Assembly (NCBI GenBank): GCA_964035545.1
Contig: OZ037766.1
Coordinates: forward strand, 14,684,722-14,748,721
Source of the DNA: Bugula neritina
Lineage: Eukaryota > Animalia > Bryozoa
Direction: 5' to 3'
Length of the DNA: 64,000 nt
In this document: piece after piece, positions 12,001 through 27,000 of the stretch
How positions within the stretch are numbered: position 1 is the first letter of the stretch
Layout of the letters: every line of letters begins with the position of its first letter
Notes under the pieces: model-generated
The model's input: only the letters and a program-made list of their open reading frames with translations
Told to the model about the DNA's origin: nothing
Database searches by the model: none
Program-made: the position numbers and the translations under genes

Positions 12001-15000
12001 TACCCTAGGAGAAATGCTGATTGCAATCTTCCTTAGGAGACATGCCAATTTGCAAAAACAGTTAGAATATAATGTAAAACAATAATTTTAATAGCTTTTA
12101 TGAATACTGTGACAGCAGCTTTTTGGTTTAATGATTAAAATGAAAACTTTTCTGTAAAACATTTTTTGTGAAATGGGTTTGGCAATAGATTGGTGACTAT
12201 ATTAACTATTTTTCTATGGCATGAGTCAAAGCAGCTAAAAAAGTGAATGAAGCAAGTTGGTTGTACCCACTTCATTCATAGAAAAGCCAATTGCAATTGC
12301 TCCTAGGAGAATTGGGAATTGTACCCTAGGAGAAAGTCTAATTGCAATCTTCCCTAGGAGAAATGCCAAATTGCAAAAACAGTTAGAGTATAATGTTAAA
12401 CAATAATTTTAATAGCTTTTATGAATACTGTGACAGCAGCTTTTTGGTTTAATGATTAAAATGAAAACTTTTCTGTAAAACATTTTTTGTGAAATAGGTT
12501 TGGCAATAGATTGGAGACTAAATTAACTATTTTTCTATGGCATGAGTCAAAGCAGCTAAAGAAGTGAATGAAGCAAGTTAGTTGTACTCACTTCATTCAT
12601 AGAAAAGCCAATTGCAATTGCTCCTAGGAGAATTGGGAATTGTACCCTAGGAGAAATGCTGATTGCAATCTTCCTGAGGAGAAATGCCAATTTGCAAAAA
12701 CAGTTAGAGTATAATGTTAAACAATAATTTTAATAGCTTTTATGAATACTGTGACAGCAGCTTTTTTGTTTAATGATTAAAATGAAAACTTTTCTGTGAA
12801 ACATGTTTTGTGAAATGGGTTTGGCAATAGATTGGTGACTAAATTAACTATTTTTCTATGGCATGAGTCAAAGCAGCTAAAGAAGTGAATGAAGCAAGTA
12901 AGTTGTACTCACTTCATTCAGAGAAAAGCCAATCGCAATTGCTCCTAGGAGAATTGGGAATTGCACTATTGGGATTCGCAATCTCCCTAGCAATAAGGTC
13001 AAAAGGCCTTAGGAGAGATGCCAATTGGCATCTCCCCTAGGAGAAATGCTGATTGCAATCCTCCCTAGGAGAAATGCCAATTTGCAAAAACAGTTAGAGT
13101 ATAATGTTAAACAATAATTTTAATAGCTTTTATGAATACTGTGGCAGCAGCTTTTTGGTTTAATGATTAAAATGAAAACTTTTCTGTAAAACATTTTTTG
13201 TTAAATAGGTTTGGCAATAGATTGGAGACTAAATTAACTATTTTTCTATGGCATGAGTCAAAGCAACTAAAGAAGTGAATGAAGCAAGTTAGTTGTACTC
13301 ACTTCATTCATAGAAAAGCCAATTGCAATTGCTCCTAGGAGAATTGGGAATTGTACCCTAGGAGAAATGCTGATTGCAATCTTCCTTAGGAGAAATGCCA
13401 ATTTGCAAAAACAGTTAGAGTATAAAGTTAAACAATAATTTTAATAGCTTTTATGAATACTGTGACAGCAGCTTTTTTGTTTAATGATTAAAATGAAAAC
13501 TTTTCTGTGAAACATGTTTTGTGAAATGGGTTTGGCAATAGATTGGTGACTAAATTAACTATTTTTCTATGGCATGAGTCAAAGCAGCCAAAGAAGTGAA
13601 TGAAGCAAGTAAGTTGTACTCACTTCATTCAGAGAAAAGCCAATTGCAATTGCTCCTAGGAGAATTGGGAATTGTACCCTAGGAGAAAGTCTAATTGCAA
13701 TCTTCCCTAGGAGAAATGCCACTTTGCAAAAACAGTTAGAGTATAATGTTAAACAATAATTCTAATAGCTTTTATGAATACTGTGACAGCAGCTTTTTGG
13801 TTTAATGATTAAAATGAAAACTTTTCTGTAAAACATTTTTTGTGAAATAGGTTTGGCAATAGATTGGTGACTAAATTAACTATATTTTTATGGCATGAGT
13901 CAAAGCAGCTAAAGAAGTGAATGAAGCAAGATAGTTGTACTCACTTCATTCATAGAAAAGCCAATTGCAATTGCTCCTAGGAGAATTGGGAATTGTACCC
14001 TAGGAGAAATGCTGATTGCAATCTTCCTTAGGAGACATGCCAATTTGCAAAAACAGTTAGAATATAATGTAAAACAATAATTTTAATAGCTTTTATGAAT
14101 ACTGTGACAGCAGCTTTTTGGTTTAATGATTAAAATGAAAACTTTTCTGTAAAACATTTTTTGTGAAATGGGTTTGGCAATAGATTGGTGACTATATTAA
14201 CTATTTTTCTATGGCATGAGTCAAAGCAGCTAAAAAAGTGAATGAAGCAAGTTGGTTGTACCCACTTCATTCATAGAAAAGCCAATTGCAATTGCTCCTA
14301 GGAGAATTGGGAATTGTACCCTAGGAGAAAGTCTAATTGCAATCTTCCCTAGGAGAAATGCCAAATTGCAAAAACAGTTAGAGTATAATGTTAAACAATA
14401 ATTTTAATAGCTTTTATGAATACTGTGACAGCAGCTTTTTGGTTTAATGATTAAAATGAAAACTTTTCTGTAAAACATTTTTTGTGAAATAGGTTTGGCA
14501 ATAGATTGGTGACTAAATTAACTATTTTTCTATGGCATGAGTCAAAGCAGCTAAAGAAGTGAATGAAGCAAGTTAGTTGTACTCACTTCATTCATAGAAA
14601 AGCCAATTGCAATTGCTCCTAGGAGAATTGGGAATTGTACCCTAGGAGAAATGCTGATTGCAATCTTCCTTAGGAGAAATGCCAATTTGCAAAAACAGTT
14701 AGAGTATAATGTTAAACAATAATTTTAATAGCTTTTATGAATACTGTGACAGCAGCTTTTTTGTTTAATGATTAAAATGAAAACTTTTCTGTGAAACATG
14801 TTTTGTGAAATGGGTTTGGCAATAGATTGGTGACTAAATTAACTATTTTTCTATGGCATGAGTCAAAGCAGCTAAAGAAGTGAATGAAGCAAGTAAGTTG
14901 TACTCACTTCATTCAGAGAAAAGCCAATCGCAATTGCTCCTAGGAGAATTGGGAATTGCACTATTGGGATTCGCAATCTCCCTAGCAATAAGGTCAAAAG

Positions 15001-18000
15001 GCCTTAGGAGAGATGCCAATTGGCATCTCCCCTAGGAGAAATGCTGATTGCAATCCTCCCTAGGAGAAATGCCAATTTGCAAAAACAATTAGAGTATAAT
15101 GTTAAACAATAATTTTAATAGCTTTTATGAATACTGTGGCAGCAGCTTTTTGGTTTAATGATTAAAATGAAAACTTTTCTGTAAAACATTTTTTGTGAAA
15201 TAGGTTTGGCAATAGATTGGAGACTAAATTAACTATTTTTCTATGGCATGAGTCAAAGCAACTAAAGAAGTGAATGAAGCAAGTTAGTTGTACTCACTTC
15301 ATTCATAGAAAAGCCAATTGCAATTGCTCCTAGGAGAATTGGGAATTGTACCCTAGGAGAAATGCTGATTGCAATCTTCCTTAGGAGAAATGCCAATTTG
15401 CAAAAACAGTTAGAGTATAAAGTTAAACAATAATTTTAATAGCTTTTATGAATACTGTGACAGCAGCTTTTTTGTTTAATGATTAAAATGAAAACTTTTC
15501 TGTGAAACATGTTTTGTGAAATGGGTTTGGCAATAGATTGGTGACTAAATTAACTATTTTTCTATGGCATGAGTCAAAGCAGCCAAAGAAGTGAATGAAG
15601 CAAGTAAGTTGTACTCACTTCATTCAGAGAAAAGCCAATTGCAATTGCTCCTAGGAGAATTGGGAATTGTACTAGGGGGATTCACAATCTCCCTAGCAAT
15701 AAGGTCAAAAGGTCTTAGGAGAGATGCCAATTGGCATCTCCCCTAGGAGGAATGCTGATTGCAATCCTCCCTAGGAGAAATGCCAATTTGCAAAAATAGT
15801 TAGAGTATAATGTTAAACAATTATTTTAATAGCTTTTATGAATACTGTGACAGCAGCTTTTTGGTTTAATGATTAAAATGAAAACTTTTCTGTAAAACAT
15901 ATTTTGTGAAATGGGTTTGGCAATAGATTGGTGACTATACTAACCATTTTTCTATGGCATGAGTCAAAGCAGCTAAAGAAGTGAATGAAGCAAGTTAGTT
16001 GTACTCACTTCATTCATAGAAAAGCCAATTGCAATTGCTCCTAGGAGAATTGGGAATTGTACCCTAGGAGAAATGCTGATTGCAATCTTCCTTAGGAGAA
16101 ATGCCAATTTGCAAAAACAGTTAGAGTATAATGTTAAACAATAATTTTAATAGCTTTTATGAATACTGTGGCAGCAGCTTTTTGGTTTAATGATTAAAAT
16201 GAAAACTTTTCTGTAAAACATTTTTTGTTAAATAGGTTTGGCAATAGATTGGAGACTAAATTAACTATTTTTCTATGGCATGAGTCAAAGCAACTAAAGA
16301 AGTGAATGAAGCAAGTTAGTTGTACTCACTTCATTCATAGAAAAGCCAATTGCAATTGCTCCTAGGAGAATTGGGAATTGTACCCTAGGAGAAATGCTGC
16401 TTGCAATCTTCCTTAGGAGAAATGCCAATTTGCAAAAACAGTTAGAGTATAAAGTTAAACAATAATTTTAATAGCTTTTATGAATACTGTGACAGCAGCT
16501 TTTTTGTTTAATGATTAAAATGAAAACTTTTCTGTGAAACATGTTTTGTGAAATGGGTTTGGCAATAGATTGGTGACTAAATTAACTATTTTTCTATGGC
16601 ATGAGTCAAAGCAGCCAAAGAAGTGAATGAAGCAAGTAAGTTGTACTCACTTCATTCAGAGAAAAGCCAATTGCAATTTCTCCTAGGAGAATTGGGAATT
16701 GTACTAGGGGGATTCACAATCTCCCTAGCAATAAGGTCAAAAGGTCTTAGGAGAGATGCCAATTGGCATCTCCCCTAGGAGAAATGCTGATTGCAATCCT
16801 CCCTAGGAGAAATGCCAATTTGCAAAAATAGTTAGAGTATAATGTTAAACAATTATTTTAATAGCTTTTATGAATACTGTGACAGCAGCTTTTTGGTTTA
16901 ATGATTAAAATGAAAACTTTTCTGTAAAACATTTTTTGTGAAATGGGTTTGGCAATAGATTGGTGACTAAATTAACTATTTTTCTATGGCATGAGTCAAA
17001 GCAGCCAAAGAAGTGAATGAAGCAAGTAAGTTGTACTCACTTCATTCAGAGAAAAGCCAATTGCAATTGCTCCTAGGAGAATTGGGAATTGTACCCTAGG
17101 AGAAAGTCTAATTGCAATCTTCCCTAGGAGAAATGCCACTTTGCAAAAACAGTTAGAGTATAATGTTAAACAATAATTCTAATAGCTTTTATGAATACTG
17201 TGACAGCAGCTTTTTGGTTTAATGATTAAAATGAAAACTTTTCTGTAAAACATTTTTTGTGAAATAGGTTTGGCAATAGATTGGTGACTAAATTAACTAT
17301 ATTTTTATGGCATGAGTCAAAGCAGCTAAAGAAGTGAATGAAGCAAGATAGTTGTACTCACTTCATTCATAGAAAAGCCAATTGCAATTGCTCCTAGGAG
17401 AATTGGGAATTGTACCCTAGGAGAAATGCTGATTGCAATCTTCCTTAGGAGACATGCCAATTTGCAAAAACAGTTAGAATATAATGTAAAACAATAATTT
17501 TAATAGCTTTTATGAATACTGTGACAGCAGCTTTTTGGTTTAATGATTAAAATGAAAACTTTTCTGTAAAACATTTTTTGTGAAATGGGTTTGGCAATAG
17601 ATTGGTGACTATATTAACTATTTTTCTATGGCATGAGTCAAAGCAGCTAAAAAAGTGAATGAAGCAAGTTGGTTGTACCCACTTCATTCATAGAAAAGCC
17701 AATTGCAATTGCTCCTAGGAGAATTGGGAATTGTACCCTAGGAGAAAGTCTAATTGCAATCTTCCCTAGGAGAAATGCCAAATTGCAAAAACAGTTAGAG
17801 TATAATGTTAAACAATAATTTTAATAGCTTTTATGAATACTGTGACAGCAGCTTTTTGGTTTAATGATTAAAATGAAAACTTTTCTGTAAAACATTTTTT
17901 GTGAAATAGGTTTGGCAATAGATTGGAGACTAAATTAACTATTTTTCTATGGCATGAGTCAAAGCAGCTAAAGAAGTGAATGAAGCAAGTTAGTTGTACT

Positions 18001-21000
18001 CACTTCATTCATAGAAAAGCCAATTGCAATTGCTCCTAGGAGAATTGGGAATTGTACCCTAGGAGAAATGCTGATTGCAATCTTCCTTAGGAGAAATGCC
18101 AATTTGCAAAAACAGTTAGAGTATAATGTTAAACAATAATTTTAATAGCTTTTATGAATACTGTGACAGCAGCTTTTTTGTTTAATGATTAAAATGAAAA
18201 CTTTTCTGTGAAACATGTTTTGTGAAATGGGTTTGGCAATAGATTGGTGACTAAATTAACTATTTTTCTATGGCATGAGTCAAAGCAGCTAAAGAAGTGA
18301 ATGAAGCAAGTAAGTTGTACTCACTTCATTCAGAGAAAAGCCAATCGCAATTGCTCCTAGGAGAATTGGGAATTGCACTATTGGGATTCGCAATCTCCCT
18401 AGCAATAAGGTCAAAAGGCCTTAGGAGAGATGCCAATTGGCATCTCCCCTAGGAGAAATGCTGATTGCAATCCTCCCTAGGAGAAATGCCAATTTGCAAA
18501 AACAATTAGAGTGTAATGTTAAACAATAATTTTAATAGCTTTTATGAATACTGTGGCAGCAGCTTTTTGGTTTAATGATTAAAATGAAAACTTTTCTGTA
18601 AAACATTTTTTGTGAAATAGGTTTGGCAATAGATTGGAGACTAAATTAACTATTTTTCTATGGCATGAGTCAAAGCAACTAAAGAAGTGAATGAAGCAAG
18701 TTAGTTGTACTCACTTCATTCATAGAAAAGCCAATTGCAATTGCTCCTAGGAGAATTGGGAATTGTACCCTAGGAGAAATGCTGATTGCAATCTTCCTTA
18801 GGAGAAATGCCAATTTGCAAAAACAGTTAGAGTATAAAGTTAAACAATAATTTTAATAGCTTTTATGAATACTGTGACAGCAGCTTTTTTGTTTAATGAT
18901 TAAAATGAAAACTTTTCTGTGAAACATGTTTTGTGAAATGGGTTTGGCAATAGATTGGTGACTAAATTAACTATTTTTCTATGGCATGAGTCAAAGCAGC
19001 CAAAGAAGTGAATGAAGCAAGTAAGTTGTACTCACTTCATTCAGAGAAAAGCCAATTGCAATTGCTCCTAGGAGAATTGGGAATTGTACTAGGGGGATTC
19101 ACAATCTCCCTAGCAATAAGGTCAAAAGGTCTTAGGAGAGATGCCAATTGGCATCTCCCCTAGGAGGAATGCTGATTGCAATCCTCCCTAGGAGAAATGC
19201 CAATTTGCAAAAATAGTTAGAGTATAATGTTAAACAATTATTTTAATAGCTTTTATGAATACTGTGACAGCAGCTTTTTGGTTTAATGATTAAAATGAAA
19301 ACTTTTCTGTAAAACATTTTTTGTGAAATGGGTTTGGCAATAGATTGGTGACTATATTAACTATTTTTCTATGGCATGAGTCAAAGCAGCTAAAAAAGTG
19401 AATGAAGCAAGTTAGTTGTACCCACTTCATTCATAGAAAAGCCAATTGCAATTGCTCCTAGGAGAATTGGGAATTGTACCCTAGGAGAAAGTCTAATTGC
19501 AATCTTCCCTAGGAGAAATGCCAAATTGCAAAAACAGTTAGAGTATAATGTTAAACAATAATTTTAATAGCTTTTATGAATACTGTGACAGCAGCTTTTT
19601 GGTTTAATGATTAAAATGAAATCTTTTCTGTAAAACAATTTTTTGTGAAATGGGTTTGGCAATAGATTGGTGACTAAATTAACTATTTTTCTATGGCATG
19701 AGTCAAAGCAGCTAAAGAAGTGAATGAAGCAAGTTAGTTGTACTCACTTCATTCATAGAAAAGCCAATTGCAATTGCTCCTAGGAGAATTGGGAATTGTA
19801 CCCTAGGAGAAATGCTGATTGCAATCTTCCTTAGGAGAAATGCCAATTTGCAAAAACAGTTAGAGTATAATGTTAAACAATAATTTTAATAGCTTTTATG
19901 AATACTGTGGCAGCAGCTTTTTGGTTTAAGGATTAAAATGAAAACTTTTCTGTAAAACATTTTTTGTTAAATAGGTTTGGCAATAGATTGGAGACTAAAT
20001 TAACTATTTTTCTATGGCATGAGTCAAAGCAACTAAAGAAGTGAATGAAGCAAGTTAGTTGTACTCACTTCATTCATAGAAAAGCCAATTGCAATTGCTC
20101 CTAGGAGAATTGGGAATTGTACCCTAGGAGAAATGCTGATTGCAATCTTCCTTAGGAGAAATGCCAATTTGCAAAAACAGTTAGAGTATAAAGTTAAACA
20201 ATAATTTTAATAGCTTTTATGAATACTGTGACAGCAGCTTTTTTGTTTAATGATTAAAATGAAAACTTTTCTGTGAAACATGTTTTGTGAAATGGGTTTG
20301 GCAATAGATTGGTGACTAAATTAACTATTTTTCTATGGCATGAGTCAAAGCAGCCAAAGAAGTGAATGAAGCAAGTAAGTTGTACTCACTTCATTCAGAG
20401 AAAAGCCAATTGCAATTGCTCCTAGGAGAATTGGGAATTGTACCCTAGGAGAAATGCTGATTGCAATCTTCCTTAGGAAAAATGCCAATTTGCAAAAACA
20501 GTTAGAGTATAAAGTTAAACAATAATTTTAATAGCTTTTATGAATACTGTGACAGCAGCTTTTTTGTTTAATGATTAAAATGAAAACTTTTCTGTGAAAC
20601 ATGTTTTGTGAAATGGGTTTGGCAATAGATTGGTAACTAAATTAACTATTTTTCTATGGTATGAGTCAAAGCAGCCAAAGAAGTGAATGAAGCAAGTAAG
20701 TTGTACTCACTTCATTCAGAGAAAAGCCAATTGCAATTGCTCCTAGGAGAATTGGGAATTGTACTAGGGGGATTCACAATCTCCCTAGCAATAAGGTCAA
20801 AAGGTCTTAGGAGAGATGCCAATTGGCATCTCCCCTAGGAGAAATGCTGATTGCAATCCTCCCTAGGAGAAATGCCAATTTGCAAAAATAGTTAGAGTAT
20901 AATGTTAAACAATTATTTTAATAGCTTTTATGAATACTGTGGCAGCAGCTTTTTGGTTTAATGATTAAAATGAAAACTTTTCTGTAAAACATTTTTTGTG

Positions 21001-24000
21001 AAATAGGTTTGGCAATAGATTGGAGACTAAATTAACTATTTTTCTATGGCATGAGTCAAAGCAACTAAAGAAGTGAATGAAGCAAGTTAGTTGTACTCAC
21101 TTCATTCATAGAAAAGCCAATTGCAATTGCTCCTAGGAGAATTGGGAATTGTACCCTAGGAGAAATGCTGATTGCAATCTTCCTTAGGAGAAATGCCAAT
21201 TTGCAAAAACAGTTAGAGTATAAAGTTAAACAATAATTTTAATAGCTTTTATGAATACTGTGACAGCAGCTTTTTTGTTTAATGATTAAAATGAAAACTT
21301 TTCTGTGAAACATGTTTTGTGAAATGGGTTTGGCAATAGATTGGTGACTAAATTAACTATTTTTCTATGGCATGAGTCAAAGCAGCCAAAGAAGTGAATG
21401 AAGCAAGTAAGTTGTACTCACTTCATTCAGAGAAAAGCCAATTGCAATTGCTCCTAGGAGAATTGGGAATTGTACCCTAGGAGAAAGTCTAATTGCAATC
21501 TTCCCTAGGAGAAATGCCAAATTGCAAAAACAGTTAGAGTATAATGTTAAACAATAATTTTAATAGCTTTTATGAATACTGTGACAGCAGCTTTTTGGTT
21601 TAATGATTAAAATGAAATCTTTTCTGTAAAACAATTTTTTGTGAAATGGGTTTGGCAATAGATTGGTGACTAAATTAACTATTTTTCTATGGCATGAGTC
21701 AAAGCAGCTAAAGAAGTGAATGAAGCAAGTTAGTTGTACTCACTTCATTCATAGAAAAGCCAATTGCAATTGCTCCTAGGAGAATTGGGAATTGTACCCT
21801 AGGAGAAATGCTGATTGCAATCTTCCTTAGGAGAAATGCCAATTTGCAAAAACAGTTAGAGTATAATGTTAAACAATAATTTTAGTAGCTTTTATGAATA
21901 CTGTGGCAGCAGCTTTTTGGTTTAATGATTAAAATGAAAACTTTTCTGTAAAACATTTTTTGTTAAATAGGTTTGGCAATAGATTGGAGACTAAATTAAC
22001 TATTTTTCTATGGCATGAGTCAAAGCAACTAAAGAAGTGAATGAAGCAAGTTAGTTGTACTCACTTCATTCATAGAAAAGCCAATTGCAATTGCTCCTAG
22101 GAGAATTGGGAATTGTACCCTAGGAGAAATGCTGATTGCAATCTTCCTTAGGAGAAATGCCAATTTGCAAAAACAGTTAGAGTATAAAGTTAAACAATAA
22201 TTTTAATAGCTTTTATGAATACTGTGACAGCAGCTTTTTTGTTTAATGATTAAAATGAAAACTTTTCTGTGAAACATGTTTTGTGAAATGGGTTTGGCAA
22301 TAGATTGGTGACTAAATTAACTATTTTTCTATGGCATGAGTCAAAGCAGCCAAAGAAGTGAATGAAGCAAGTAAGTTGTACTCACTTCATTCAGAGAAAA
22401 GCCAATTGCAATTGCTCCTAGGAGAATTGGGAATTGTACCCTAGGAGAAATGCTGATTGCAATCTTCCTTAGGAAAAATGCCAATTTGCAAAAACAGTTA
22501 GAGTATAAAGTTAAACAATAATTTTAATAGCTTTTATGAATACTGTGACAGCAGCTTTTTTGTTTAATGATTAAAATGAAAACTTTTCTGTGAAACATGT
22601 TTTGTGAAATGGGTTTGGCAATAGATTGGTAACTAAATTAACTATTTTTCTATGGTATGAGTCAAAGCAGCCAAAGAAGTGAATGAAGCAAGTAAGTTGT
22701 ACTCACTTCATTCAGAGAAAAGCCAATTGCAATTGCTCCTAGGAGAATTGGGAATTGTACTAGGGGGATTCACAATCTCCCTAGCAATAAGGTCAAAAGG
22801 TCTTAGGAGAGATGCCAATTGGCATCTCCCCTAGGAGAAATGCTGATTGCAATCCTCCCTAGGAGAAATGCCAATTTGCAAAAATAGTTAGAGTATAATG
22901 TTAAACAATTATTTTAATAGCTTTTATGAATACTGTGGCAGCAGCTTTTTGGTTTAATGATTAAAATGAAAACTTTTCTGTAAAACATTTTTTGTGAAAT
23001 AGGTTTGGCAATAGATTGGAGACTAAATTAACTATTTTTCTATGGCATGAGTCAAAGCAACTAAAGAAGTGAATGAAGCAAGTTAGTTGTACTCACTTCA
23101 TTCATAGAAAAGCCAATTGCAATTGCTCCTAGGAGAATTGGGAATTGTACCCTAGGAGAAATGCTGATTGCAATCTTCCTTAGGAGAAATGCCAATTTGC
23201 AAAAACAGTTAGAGTATAAAGTTAAACAATAATTTTAATAGCTTTTATGAATACTGTGACAGCAGCTTTTTTGTTTAATGATTAAAATGAAAACTTTTCT
23301 GTGAAACATGTTTTGTGAAATGGGTTTGGCAATAGATTGGTGACTAAATTAACTATTTTTCTATGGCATGAGTCAAAGCAGCCAAAGAAGTGAATGAAGC
23401 AAGTAAGTTGTACTCACTTCATTCAGAGAAAAGCCAATTGCAATTGCTCCTAGGAGAATTGGGAATTGTACCCTAGGAGAAAGTCTAATTGCAATCTTCC
23501 CTAGGAGAAATGCCAAATTGCAAAAACAGTTAGAGTATAATGTTAAACAATAATTTTAATAGCTTTTATGAATACTGTGACAGCAGCTTTTTGGTTTAAT
23601 GATTAAAATGAAATCTTTTCTGTAAAACAATTTTTTGTGAAATGGGTTTGGCAATAGATTGGTGACTAAATTAACTATTTTTCTATGGCATGAGTCAAAG
23701 CAGCTAAAGAAGTGAATGAAGCAAGTTAGTTGTACTCACTTCATTCATAGAAAAGCCAATTGCAATTGCTCCTAGGAGAATTGGGAATTGTACCCTAGGA
23801 GAAATGCTGATTGCAATCTTCCTTAGGAGAAATGCCAATTTGCAAAAACAGTTAGAGTATAATGTTAAACAATAATTTTAGTAGCTTTTATGAATACTGT
23901 GGCAGCAGCTTTTTGGTTTAATGATTAAAATGAAAACTTTTCTGTAAAACATTTTTTGTTAAATAGGTTTGGCAATAGATTGGAGACTAAATTAACTATT

Positions 24001-27000
24001 TTTCTATGGCATGAGTCAAAGCAACTAAAGAAGTGAATGAAGCAAGTTAGTTGTACTCACTTCATTCATAGAAAAGCCAATTGCAATTGCTCCTAGGAGA
24101 ATTGGGAATTGTACCCTAGGAGAAATGCTGATTGCAATCTTCCTTAGGAGAAATGCCAATTTGCAAAAACAGTTAGAGTATAAAGTTAAACAATAATTTT
24201 AATAGCTTTTATGAATACTGTGACAGCAGCTTTTTTGTTTAATGATTAAAATGAAAACTTTTCTGTGAAACATGTTTTGTGAAATGGGTTTGGCAATAGA
24301 TTGGTGACTAAATTAACTATTTTTCTATGGCATGAGTCAAAGCAGCCAAAGAAGTGAATGAAGCAAGTAAGTTGTACTCACTTCATTCAGAGAAAAGCCA
24401 ATTGCAATTGCTCCTAGGAGAATTGGGAATTGTACCCTAGGAGAAATGCTGATTGCAATCTTCCTTAGGAAAAATGCCAATTTGCAAAAACAGTTAGAGT
24501 ATAAAGTTAAACAATAATTTTAATAGCTTTTATGAATACTGTGACAGCAGCTTTTTTGTTTAATGATTAAAATGAAAACTTTTCTGTGAAACATGTTTTG
24601 TGAAATGGGTTTGGCAATAGATTGGTAACTAAATTAACTATTTTTCTATGGTATGAGTCAAAGCAGCCAAAGAAGTGAATGAAGCAAGTAAGTTGTACTC
24701 ACTTCATTCAGAGAAAAGCCAATTGCAATTGCTCCTAGGAGAATTGGGAATTGTACTAGGGGGATTCACAATCTCCCTAGCAATAAGGTCAAAAGGTCTT
24801 AGGAGAGATGCCAATTGGCATCTCCCCTAGGAGAAATGCTGATTGCAATCCTCCCTAGGAGAAATGCCAATTTGCAAAAATAGTTAGAGTATAATGTTAA
24901 ACAATTATTTTAATAGCTTTTATGAATACTGTGGCAGCAGCTTTTTGGTTTAATGATTAAAATGAAAACTTTTCTGTAAAACATTTTTTGTGAAATAGGT
25001 TTGGCAATAGATTGGAGACTAAATTAACTATTTTTCTATGGCATGAGTCAAAGCAACTAAAGAAGTGAATGAAGCAAGTTAGTTGTACTCACTTCATTCA
25101 TAGAAAAGCCAATTGCAATTGCTCCTAGGAGAATTGGGAATTGTACCCTAGGAGAAATGCTGATTGCAATCTTCCTTAGGAGAAATGCCAATTTGCAAAA
25201 ACAGTTAGAGTATAAAGTTAAACAATAATTTTAATAGCTTTTATGAATACTGTGACAGCAGCTTTTTTGTTTAATGATTAAAATGAAAACTTTTCTGTGA
25301 AACATGTTTTGTGAAATGGGTTTGGCAATAGATTGGTGACTAAATTAACTATTTTTCTATGGCATGAGTCAAAGCAGCCAAAGAAGTGAATGAAGCAAGT
25401 AAGTTGTACTCACTTCATTCAGAGAAAAGCCAATTGCAATTGCTCCTAGGAGAATTGGGAATTGTACTAGGGGGATTCACAATCTCCCTAGCAATAAGGT
25501 CAAAAGGTCTTAGGAGAGATGCCAATTGGCATCTCCCCTAGGAGGAATGCTGATTGCAATCCTCCCTAGGAGAAATGCCAATTTGCAAAAATAGTTAGAG
25601 TATAATGTTAAACAATTATTTTAATAGCTTTTATGAATACTGTGACAGCAGCTTTTTGGTTTAATGATTAAAATGAAAACTTTTCTGTAAAACATTTTTT
25701 GTGAAATGGGTTTGGCAATAGATTGGTGACTATATTAACTATTTTTCTATGGCATGAGTCAAAGCAGCTAAAAAAGTGAATGAAGCAAGTTAGTTGTACC
25801 CACTTCATTCATAGAAAAGCCAATTGCAATTGCTCCTAGGAGAATTGGGAATTGTACCCTAGGAGAAATGCTGATTGCAATCCTCCCTAGGAGAAATGCC
25901 AATTTGCAAAAACAATTAGAGTATAATGTTAAACAATAATTTTAATAGCTTTTATGAATACTGTGGCAGCAGCTTTTTGGTTTAATGATTAAAATGAAAA
26001 CTTTTCTGTAAAACATTTTTTGTGAAATAGGTTTGGCAATAGATTGGAGACTAAATTAACTATTTTTCTATGGCATGAGTCAAAGCAACTAAAGAAGTGA
26101 ATGAAGCAAGTTAGTTGTACTCACTTCATTCATAGAAAAGCCAATTGCAATTGCTCCTAGGAGAATTGGGAATTGTACCCTAGGAGAAATGCTGATTGCA
26201 ATCTTCCTTAGGAGAAATGCCAATTTGCAAAAACAGTTAGAGTATAAAGTTAAACAATAATTTTAATAGCTTTTATGAATACTGTGACAGCAGCTTTTTT
26301 GTTTAATGATTAAAATGAAAACTTTTCTGTAAAACATTTTTTGTTAAATAGGTTTGGCAACAGATTGGAGACTAAATTAACTATTTTTCTATGGCATGAG
26401 TCAAAGCAACTAAAGAAGTGAATGAAGCAAGTTAGTTGTACTCACTTCATTCATAGAAAAGCCAATTGCAATTGCTCCTAGGAGAATTGGGAATTGTACG
26501 CTAGGAGAAATGCTAATTGCAATCTTCCCTAGGAGAAATGCCAATTTGCAAAAACAGTTAGAGTATAATGTTAAACAATAATTTTAATAGCTTTTATGAA
26601 TACTGTGACAGCAGCTTTTTTGTTTAATGATTAAAATGAAAACTTTTCTGTAAAACATTTTTTGTGAAATGGGTTTGGCAATAGATTGGTGACTAAATTA
26701 ACTCTTTTTCTATGGCATGAGTCAAAGCAGCTAAAGAAGTGAATGAAGCAAGTTAGTTGTACTCACTTCATTCATAGAAAAGCCAATTGCAATTGCTCCT
26801 AGGAGAATTGGGAATTGTACCCTAGGAGAAATGCTGATTGCAATCCTCCCTAGGAGAAATGCCAATTTGCAAAAACAGTTAGAGTATAATGTTAAACAAT
26901 AATTTTAATAGCTTTTATGAATACTGTGGCAGCAGCTTTTTGGTTTAATGATTAAAATGAAAACTTTTCTGTAAAACATTTTTTGTGAAATAGGTTTGGC

